From assembly GCA_037917685.1 (NCBI GenBank), contig JAVCBU010000003.1, positions 65,941 to 129,940 on the forward strand: a DNA stretch of 64,000 bases. Direction: 5' to 3'. The DNA comes from Thermoproteota archaeon. Lineage in GTDB: Archaea > Korarchaeota > Korarchaeia > Korarchaeales > JAOZGB01. Each line of letters opens with the position of its first letter. Positions within the stretch are counted from its first letter, which is position 1. The notes below the pieces were generated by a model. The model saw nothing but the letters and a program-made list of their open reading frames with translations, made no database searches and was not told the origin of the DNA. Position numbers and translations under genes: made by a program. This document shows positions 28,103 to 35,332 of this stretch, piece after piece.

Positions 28103-28399
28103 CTATGGCTGCGACTTAGCCAGAAGCTCAGGCATCAGACCCAGATCTTTCATGTACAAGGCTAAGAATCCTAAACCCAGGGGCTTTCTAACACCAACCA
28201 TTTCCGATGCAATGATAACCATCCAACCAACACCAATTGAAACCTTAAGTCCGGTAAGTATGGAAGGCATCGCTCCGGGAAGAACTACAAGCCTTACAAG
28301 CCTTAAGCCTCTGAGGTTCAGCAGTCTAGCGGTATCGTAGTAAACATGATCTATCCCCCTGACACCATCGATGCATGACGTTAAAATTGGGAAGAAGGT
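28103..28399 (-). pseudogene. C-terminal fragment of an ABC transporter permease (NitT/TauT-type)
   Basis: The minus-strand frame reads ...FFPILTSCIDGVRGIDHVYYDTARLLNLRGLRLVRLVVLPGAMPSILTGLKVSIGVGWMVIIASEMVG..., which is the EAA-loop region. It has no start and is only about 98 codons long. Confidence 0.6.
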
Positions 28400-28960
28400 T
28401 CAAAAATTGCGATGGAAGCATCAATGCTTCCGGATTCTAATGCTACTATCATATCCCATGGGTGGAGTCTAACAATGTTCACGTTCCTCCTGCTGACTCC
28501 GACATTTTCAAGGATTATAGATAAGAGAACGTCTTGAACTGTTCCAATCCGGGGATTGCGATTGTTGAGCCTTCAAGCATGGACAAGTTGGATATCTCAT
28601 GTTTTCCGATTAGAGCTGAGCCTTCAAGGTTTACTGCTGCTAATACCTTAATATCTACACCTGCATTGACGCTTTTGAGAATAGCAGGGGCGATGCCGAG
28701 ATAGCCGTAGTCAACTTCCCCTGTTGCAAAGCCATCCATCATTTCCACTCCATTACTGTAAACAACAGTTGAAACTCTGATTTCTCTATCTTCGAACATT
28801 CCCTTCTCCAATGCTGCGAACAATGCAAGCTGGTGTAAGTCTCCCCTTAGATATCCGATCCTTACCTCGGCTTCCCCTGTTTTTCGAATAAGTAGTAGCC
28901 GCCATAAACAGTTAAAGCTGAAAGTAGGATGCCGATGAGGAGAAGCCTACCTTGGAGCAT
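28380..28960 (-). pseudogene. Frameshifted/truncated NMT1/SsuA-like substrate-binding protein
   Basis: Three frames carry consecutive pieces. The first is MLQGRLLLIGILLSALTVYGG...(stop). The second is EVRIGYLRGDLHQLALFAALEKGMFE...AIPGLEQFKTFSYL(stop). The third is LENVGVSRRNVNIVRLHPWDMIVALESGSIDASIAIFEP...(stop). Confidence 0.6.
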
Positions 28961-29006
28961 TCCATTTTAAGGAATGCCGGATTAATAGTATAAGCTTTTA
29001 CATTGT

Positions 29007-30695
29007 TTACTCCTGGGGTATGCCTAGATCAAAAAGTACAGATTTTGGATTAAACGCTTCTTTAGAGCGTATGGCTGCCTCTTCAACGTAGAACTGGACA
29101 GCTAGTTTTAGAGCTGTATCCTCAACCCTTATTACTTCATCTGTAGTTTTGAAATATGATGGTATGGACATTGCACACGCTAGCTGGACGGCACGTGCTT
29201 CAAGTCTCGGTGAAAACTCAAGCCTCTCCTCAGATAAACTGTTGAGTATGGCTTCTCTAGCTCTTTCTACCGCATTGTACACTCTTTCTTCAAGCAATAT
29301 AGGTTTAGGCTTGTAAGTATCACTTAAAGCCGGATGTTCGGTTTCTATTGCATGAACCAGAGTTAGGTGATCCCTTATCTTTGGTCCTTCAACCATTCTA
29401 AGCTTTCCAAGCGTTAGCTCCATTTGCTTCCGCGCAACCTCCCTATACCTGTTTTTCGTGAGCCTGTGAAGTCTGCATAGCATTCTTTCCTCTATAGCTA
29501 CGAAGTTTGGATCCTTAACTGTAACCTCGTATCCCCTCTTAAAAACCCTCGTGTTATAGTTCACGCTTAGAAAGCTTGTAAACCTGTAGGGGCCTATGGT
29601 GCCGTGAGCTGTCTCCCATTTCACCTTTCCATGTTCCATTGCGATCTTTAAGGGCTCAACCATACCCCTGTACTTAAACCAGTCATTAAACTCTGGCACA
29701 ATGAAGTTGTATTTCCTCCCCTCATAGGCCTCGCCGATCCTTATGAACTTGGCGGGGGTCATCCCGCCGCAATACCTATTCCTCCCTGGAAGGCCGTGTG
29801 CAGGTATGCCTCTTTCAGCATTCCCGAGGATCATTGTCACAGTTGCAAATGTTTTACCTGTTCCGGGCTCGCCGAAAAGTGCGAGGTTGAATCCTGTAGT
29901 AAGCCTTGAAGTTCTAGCTTCGGTCATTATTGGGACATCAGCAATCGCATACTGCTGGACTATTGCAAGCAGGATGTCATAGTAGAGGAAGGAGCCGAAG
30001 ACTCCCCTAAGATACGATACCAGTTTCGATATGTCGAAGTTTTCTCCGTATGTGACTGTCTCATCTAAACGGTTTAAAACGAGGTCGGAAAGATACTCCT
30101 CGAACTCCTGTTCTAGCTTAAGGACGTCCTCTACCTCCCTCCTAGCAAGCTTACTCTTCAGCTTGAATTTCGGCTCATACTCTGAGAGAACCTCACTTAT
30201 AAAGCCCTTCTCCTCCTCTGGGATAACCCATCTACCGTCTGTTTTAATGAGCAAATGAAAACTCTCCAGCCATCCGAGGAGGCTTGGCTGAAGATGGGGG
30301 AAACTCATGGCCCTCATTTTCTCTTTAAGCTTCTCTTTATCGAAATCTCTCAATTCGAGTCCTGCCTTTAGTATATAGTATGCTCTGTCCTCCCACCTCC
30401 TCAACGCCTCTTTAACCCTCGCCTTTACATAATCTTCGGAGCTTGACAGCGAGATAGTGCCATCAGCAAGCGTATAATACTCGCCGTGGAAGAACAAATT
30501 GGTGCTTGGCTTCACCTCTGTTATAAGCCTGACAATATCCTCATCTTTAAGGTTTTTAACAAGTTTCTCCAGCCTTTCCTCCAGCTTCTCAAGGTGGTAG
30601 TATGAGAGAAGCCTTTTAACGAGTAATTGCTTCTCAACATCTTTTCCAAGTGTTTTATGTTTTAAAGCCTTACTATATCTTTTCCGAGCGGGCAT
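29007..30695 (-). CDS. Uncharacterised 562-aa P-loop NTPase (AAA+-like core in the middle of the protein)
   Basis: Walker A is FGEPGTGKTFATV at about aa 275. A possible Walker B-like YNFIVPEFND follows, and long helical N- and C-terminal regions flank the core. I cannot assign a family by eye. Confidence 0.55.
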   Translation of the reverse strand: MPARKRYSKALKHKTLGKDVEKQLLVKRLLSYYHLEKLEERLEKLVKNLKDEDIVRLITEVKPSTNLFFHGEYYTLADGTISLSSSEDYVKARVKEALRRWEDRAYYILKAGLELRDFDKEKLKEKMRAMSFPHLQPSLLGWLESFHLLIKTDGRWVIPEEEKGFISEVLSEYEPKFKLKSKLARREVEDVLKLEQEFEEYLSDLVLNRLDETVTYGENFDISKLVSYLRGVFGSFLYYDILLAIVQQYAIADVPIMTEARTSRLTTGFNLALFGEPGTGKTFATVTMILGNAERGIPAHGLPGRNRYCGGMTPAKFIRIGEAYEGRKYNFIVPEFNDWFKYRGMVEPLKIAMEHGKVKWETAHGTIGPYRFTSFLSVNYNTRVFKRGYEVTVKDPNFVAIEERMLCRLHRLTKNRYREVARKQMELTLGKLRMVEGPKIRDHLTLVHAIETEHPALSDTYKPKPILLEERVYNAVERAREAILNSLSEERLEFSPRLEARAVQLACAMSIPSYFKTTDEVIRVEDTALKLAVQFYVEEAAIRSKEAFNPKSVLFDLGIPQE

Positions 30696-30780
30696 CTAGG
30701 AACCCTCCACCCTAGGGTAGAATGTTGCAAGATAAATGGTAATAGGGCTCTTAAACCTATATAATATGTGGTCGTTTGGT

Positions 30781-31176
30781 CTATGTCTCATTTGCTATCT
30801 TGCCTTCTCTGAAGCTCTTGAATTCTTCAGCCGCTGATATTATCCCCTGAAATGCCAGGATTAAAGCTTCCTTTGAAAGCCACTCCTTTGCTATTCTACA
30901 GTTTATGTAGGGGTAGCCATCCTCATCTAGAGAGAAGAAGGAGAAAGCTAGCTTATGATTCATCCTTAGCATCCAATCCTCCATGCCTTCTATATGCTCG
31001 CCTAAAAATGCTGTAGCCGAGATAACGCCTTCGTCTTCTCCTACAAGGATGTAGATGTCAAGCCTATCTATGTCTTCTGTTTGCCAACGGGTTAGGATAA
31101 TAGGCTGATCCTCCATCTTAACGTAGCTTATCTGAAGCTGGTCTAAAAGAGATGTGGTATCATCTATAAGGCTCAA
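30781..31176 (-). CDS. Small acidic protein, possibly YbjN/T3SS-chaperone-like fold
   Basis: It is 131 aa and acidic, with an alternating beta/alpha pattern. It lies 85 nt upstream of the P-loop NTPase on the same strand. The fold assignment is a guess. Confidence 0.3.
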   Translation of the reverse strand: MSLIDDTTSLLDQLQISYVKMEDQPIILTRWQTEDIDRLDIYILVGEDEGVISATAFLGEHIEGMEDWMLRMNHKLAFSFFSLDEDGYPYINCRIAKEWLSKEALILAFQGIISAAEEFKSFREGKIANET

Positions 31177-31245
31177 ACTTATAACCTCAAAGGCTATTAT
31201 TTCTTCAAAATTTTAAAGTTAACTAGCCACGTTGCTCTTCAGCTT

Positions 31246-33177
31246 TCAGAATGTGCTTTCTTCAAATACCTGTCTCAGCTTCTCAGCTGCCCTTGCGATC
31301 ATCCTATCGTAGACACCCTTGAAACTTCTATAGAACAGCTTTGCAAGGTCATATAATATGAGGATAAACGTGGCTAGTAAGCCCAGCTGTGTGATTCTAG
31401 CAGCTGCAATCCCTATCTTCGGTATTATATAGAGTTTTGATGGTGTAACCCACATTAAGAAGGCAATGAATGCGAGATACAGTATGTCGACAAGACTTCT
31501 CTTGACAGCCGCCCTAGTTACAACTCCTATCCTTCTCACAAGCCATCCAGACATCAAGTCTACAAAGAACTTCAGAGACATCAAAATCCTGTATCCAAAG
31601 TAGACTACAGCTACCAGCTCTAGAAATCCGGCTACGTTTGAAGGATAGAGCTTTATACCTCCTAGAATCAGGGGATCGAGACCGCTGATCAAACCCTCAG
31701 CACTTTTGAGGACAAGTATGACTACGGCAAGCTTTATGGTGCTTGAAAGGAACGTGCCAAGATTCCTTTCAATTTTAGATGGAACCCTTATTCTGTGTGG
31801 CTTAACCTTAACCTGTGGCACCGGCGGCCTTTCCAGTATCCTGTACCGAACCCTTGGAAGCTCTGTTGCTGCAAGGGCCACAACACCTATGGAAAAGGCT
31901 AGGGGTACTGAAACAAGGTACAGGATTAAAATCCATGGTGTTCCAGCCGCTATGGTTATAGCTGCAACAAGTAGCCTGGCATCCCTCCCCGCTGGGCTCC
32001 AAGATCTTATGAGTTCAACATCTCTTCTTTCTATCCACCCTGAGATGTGTGATACATAACTGGATACAAATACGTTTGCAGCGGCTATAATTAGTAGCAC
32101 CGTCTGGCTGAAGGTTAATGGCCAGAGCATGTAGCCAGCTGCTCCAACTACAGCTAGGTCTGCGTACCCATCAAGGAAAGCATCAAATACACCCCCGAAA
32201 CGGCTTTTGGCCCCGGTAAGTCTTGCTATCTCTCCGTCCACCCCGTCAAGAATGGAGCCTCCCTGGATTAGAATTCCTGAAAGCATTAAGTGTCCGAGTA
32301 CAGCCATCCATACACCCGTAAGACAAAGGAGGAACGATGCCACGGAGACAATATTAGGATCGATTATTTTCCCCTTCAAGTACATCCAGACTGAAAGCCT
32401 TGTGGATAAAGGCCTGTTCAGAAACCTAGATACAGGCCCGTCGCCCGGCTTTATAAGGCTCTTCCTAAGCAGGTAAGGGAGAGCCTTCCTTGCCTTAACA
32501 AGGTCTTCTGGTGTGTCTATATCGGCCCATGTATAGCCTGTAACATCCACATAGCCTACCTCTCTTTCCCTTATCGCCCTTCTTAAAGCGTCTGCAACGG
32601 TGGCTTCAGGGCCTTTCTCTCCTATGGTCTCGTCTATAATTCTTCTAGATCCTGTGGAACAGTAGAATAGTCCCGTGTCCACGCCATAGTAGGGTGGAGC
32701 GTTTTTCCCAACCTCCATCACCTGGTCTCCTCTAACCACAACTTTCAATCCCTCCTCTATCCTATCCCAGGGCGGATTCTGGTCAAGACATAACGTGAAA
32801 GCTTTTCCCCCACCCTCCCTTATAAGCTTACGCAGTATTTCAGGCTCGAAAATATGATCTGACATTAAGACGAGGAATTCATCAGATTTAATAGCATCTA
32901 GACCGGTCTTCAAAGAGTAAAGATTGCCAAAACCGTCTTCAAGATCTGTAGACACAACCCTAACATTCTCATATCTATTTTCAAAAAAGTGGGTGAGGCT
33001 ATGCCTCGTTACAATAATGATCTCTCCTACATCTTCATCCCTAAGCCATTTCACAATAAGATCTAAAAGAGGAAGCCCGGGTGCAAGCTCAAAGAGGCAT
33101 TTCGGCATCTCTTTAGAGTATTCCCCCATCCTCGTTGCTTTACCCGCAGCAATGATAAGAGCAGGTAGGCCCCTCAC
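31246..33177 (-). CDS. Nucleotidyltransferase / CDP-alcohol phosphatidyltransferase fusion (IPCT/DIPPS-like) with an extra C-terminal membrane domain
   Basis: The N-terminal LIIAAGKATRMG is an NTP-transferase motif. A complete CDP-OH-transferase motif follows (DGVDGEIARLTGAKSRFGGVFDAFLDGYAD). About 200 extra C-terminal residues contain TM helices. Confidence 0.6.
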   Translation of the reverse strand: MRGLPALIIAAGKATRMGEYSKEMPKCLFELAPGLPLLDLIVKWLRDEDVGEIIIVTRHSLTHFFENRYENVRVVSTDLEDGFGNLYSLKTGLDAIKSDEFLVLMSDHIFEPEILRKLIREGGGKAFTLCLDQNPPWDRIEEGLKVVVRGDQVMEVGKNAPPYYGVDTGLFYCSTGSRRIIDETIGEKGPEATVADALRRAIREREVGYVDVTGYTWADIDTPEDLVKARKALPYLLRKSLIKPGDGPVSRFLNRPLSTRLSVWMYLKGKIIDPNIVSVASFLLCLTGVWMAVLGHLMLSGILIQGGSILDGVDGEIARLTGAKSRFGGVFDAFLDGYADLAVVGAAGYMLWPLTFSQTVLLIIAAANVFVSSYVSHISGWIERRDVELIRSWSPAGRDARLLVAAITIAAGTPWILILYLVSVPLAFSIGVVALAATELPRVRYRILERPPVPQVKVKPHRIRVPSKIERNLGTFLSSTIKLAVVILVLKSAEGLISGLDPLILGGIKLYPSNVAGFLELVAVVYFGYRILMSLKFFVDLMSGWLVRRIGVVTRAAVKRSLVDILYLAFIAFLMWVTPSKLYIIPKIGIAAARITQLGLLATFILILYDLAKLFYRSFKGVYDRMIARAAEKLRQVFEESTF

Positions 33178-33239
33178 ATTAAAAATATGGGGAATCTGCT
33201 ATTAAAACTCTGCTCTACCTATTAGCCCCGCTTTACAGT

Positions 33240-34340
33240 TCATACTTTACCAGTGTATGCTTTAAGAACAGCCTCAACTATGTCTTCCTTACTGATCCCG
33301 TAAAACCTTAGCCTATATCTTTCGAAAGCCTCGCTAAGCCTGCTTGCCAACTCTTTCTTTGATATCTTACAGCCCATCAAAGCCTTTTCAACTGTTTCCA
33401 CTGCGTCTATAGGCTCGGCGAAGAAGTCGCCTGAAAGAATTATATCCCTTATCATATCGGATTCAGCCTTGAATATTACCCTGAGAAGCTTCTCCTTCTT
33501 GAGTGAGGCCTCACAGAGATAGATATCTCCTGCTATTTTCACCTTTCTACCCCCTGTAGGCTGGAGATCTCTGTGCCTACGGGAAACCCTAAAAGTCCAC
33601 TCTTCGCTGCCTATCTCGGATCTAATCCTTTCAAGAGATTCAACTTCGAAATCTGTAAGACTACCATCGTAGAATTCCACTCCAAGCTCTGTCCTGAATC
33701 CCTCTATTATTCTAGCTTTAACCTCCTCCCTTTCAGGCATGTAGCCAAGCTCTCTCTTAAGAGATGTAATCCACTCATCTATAGTCTTAGCAAGCTTATC
33801 CCTAAACTTTTCGTCTGGAACTTTAAGGATGCGTGAAAGCTTAACTGGGTCAATATCTAGAATGACGTTTCCTATTAGTATACCACTTCTACCTATCCAT
33901 GCGGCGGCGTTACCACTAGCCTTCCTACCCGAGACCACTACATCGTTTAAAGGCTTATATGCAGCATCAAGACCGAAGCTTCTATACGTGTAAACAGTAG
34001 GTCGGAGATACTTTCTATAGAACTCACCTATGTCGGGCATACTTTCCAAATGTACTATTATGTGGTAGAACTGCTGGCCATCATCCAGATAGACCGCTCC
34101 TCCTCCAAGCTTCCTCCTAACTATCGGAAGCCCGTGTGCCTTGCAGTAGTCGACGTCAACCTCAGCCTGTACCATCTGGTTTACACCAACGCATACATAG
34201 GGCGTTTTAGGGTAGCAAAGGATTAGGGTGTTGGGTGAAAGCCCTTTGCTGACGGCTTCTGCAACGGCTTCGTACACCGACTGTATGGTGTAGCCGTCTA
34301 TTCCCCCAAGATCAACAAGCCTCCATTCAGCCATTCTCAC
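33240..34340 (-). CDS. lplA: Lipoate-protein ligase A
   Basis: [15 protein letters not shown] sits in the BPL/LplA catalytic domain. The length (~366 aa) includes the C-terminal accessory domain. Confidence 0.8.
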   Translation of the reverse strand: MRMAEWRLVDLGGIDGYTIQSVYEAVAEAVSKGLSPNTLILCYPKTPYVCVGVNQMVQAEVDVDYCKAHGLPIVRRKLGGGAVYLDDGQQFYHIIVHLESMPDIGEFYRKYLRPTVYTYRSFGLDAAYKPLNDVVVSGRKASGNAAAWIGRSGILIGNVILDIDPVKLSRILKVPDEKFRDKLAKTIDEWITSLKRELGYMPEREEVKARIIEGFRTELGVEFYDGSLTDFEVESLERIRSEIGSEEWTFRVSRRHRDLQPTGGRKVKIAGDIYLCEASLKKEKLLRVIFKAESDMIRDIILSGDFFAEPIDAVETVEKALMGCKISKKELASRLSEAFERYRLRFYGISKEDIVEAVLKAYTGKV

Positions 34341-34624
34341 CAGTATATTATCCTGAAGCCTTTAAATTCTCCCTTGTACTCTTCATCTATCACTTCAACT
34401 TTTTCAACAACCGCACTTGGAGGGCCCTTATGGCACCATCTTATCATAATTTCCACCTTCTCTCTTTCGCCTTCGAATACAGCTTCAACTCTGCCGTCTG
34501 GTAGATTTTTGACCCATCCTTTAATGCCGAGTATGTCAGCCATCCTCTTGGTGTTAGCCCTAAAGAAGACCCCCTGCACAAGACCTGAGATATACACATG
34601 TTTTCTAACCATCATCTTATTCAC
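34337..34624 (-). CDS. acyP: Acylphosphatase
   Basis: The sequence [38 protein letters not shown] carries the acylphosphatase signatures. The protein is 95 aa. Confidence 0.9.
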   Translation of the reverse strand: MNKMMVRKHVYISGLVQGVFFRANTKRMADILGIKGWVKNLPDGRVEAVFEGEREKVEIMIRWCHKGPPSAVVEKVEVIDEEYKGEFKGFRIIYW

Positions 34625-34660
34625 CCATGTGGTTCATCCTACGCTACTAACAACATTAAC

Positions 34661-34671
34661 ATAAATATTTA
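34661..34671 (+). promoter_or_regulatory. TATA-box-like element (ATAAATATTTA) positioned to start transcription near 34695-34700
   Basis: An AT-rich box lies about 28-38 nt upstream of the GGCCGCC stem that opens the structured element at 34699. Confidence 0.3.
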
Positions 34672-34698
34672 ACATGAGGATGGGATAATTCAAATAGA

Positions 34699-34768
34699 GG
34701 CCGCCTGATGAGATCTTCAGCCTTGCCTGAAGAGTGATGACTCCGTGCAGAAAACGAAGGCGGCCTGA
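34699..34768 (+). ncRNA. C/D-box-like structured RNA or 5' leader (non-canonical spacing)
   Basis: The boxes are UGAUGA (34706-34711), CUGA (34727-34730), UGAUGA (34735-34740) and CUGA (34765-34768), in C-D'-C'-D order. A 7-bp GGCCGCC/GGCGGCC closing stem and an internal 7-bp hairpin UCUUCAG/CUGAAGA are present. It shares sequence blocks with the sRNA candidate at 63704. Confidence 0.35.
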
Positions 34769-34782
34769 ATTATGGTGATAAC

Positions 34783-35316
34783 ATGGATGTTAGAGTTATT
34801 AAGGGAGACATCACAAAGTTGGCTGTGGATGCAATAGTAAACGCAGCTAACTCTCTAATGGTTATGGGAGGTGGAGTTGCGGGCGCTATAAAGAGGGCTG
34901 GTGGCTCAGAGATAGAGCAGGAAGCCATGAAATACGCCCCTGTCCCAGTGGGCGAAGCAATATCCACAGGGGGTGGACGGTTGAAGGCGAAATATGTAGT
35001 TCATGCCCCCACGATGGAGAGGCCCGCTGTAAAAATAGAGCTGTCTAACGTAAAACTTGCCATGGATGCTGCCATAAGAAAAGCCCTTGAACTTAACATC
35101 ACATCTCTCGCGATTCCAGCCCTTGGAACCGGGGTAGGCGGGGTTGACAGGTGCGATGCCGCTAGAGCGATGGTGGAGGTCCTAAAGAAATATATTGACT
35201 CAGGTATTCACGTTCCAGACATATTGTTTGTCGATATCAGCGAAGAGCAGGTTAAATGTTTCAAAGAAGCAATAAGCGAAATCTTAGGTTTAAATGTGGA
35301 GATTGAATTTTTATAG
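34783..35316 (+). CDS. Macro-domain protein (ADP-ribose binding/hydrolase, AF1521-like)
   Basis: The sequence DITKLAVDAIVNAANSLMVMGGGVAGAIKRAGG...VVHAP...IPALGTGVGG contains the canonical macro-domain motifs. Confidence 0.85.
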   Translation: MDVRVIKGDITKLAVDAIVNAANSLMVMGGGVAGAIKRAGGSEIEQEAMKYAPVPVGEAISTGGGRLKAKYVVHAPTMERPAVKIELSNVKLAMDAAIRKALELNITSLAIPALGTGVGGVDRCDAARAMVEVLKKYIDSGIHVPDILFVDISEEQVKCFKEAISEILGLNVEIEFL

Positions 35317-35332
35317 TGGCTGGTGTTAGCGG

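Noticed and set aside
30696-30745. The CTAGG...CCTAG inverted repeat upstream of the P-loop NTPase as a regulatory hairpin
   Set aside because: It has only 5 bp arms with a 10-nt loop, which is within chance expectation.
34705-34760. Hammerhead ribozyme, because of CUGAUGAG followed by a hairpin
   Set aside because: After the hairpin the sequence is GUGAUGAC..., not the required GAAA core. No stem III or NUH cleavage site can be drawn.
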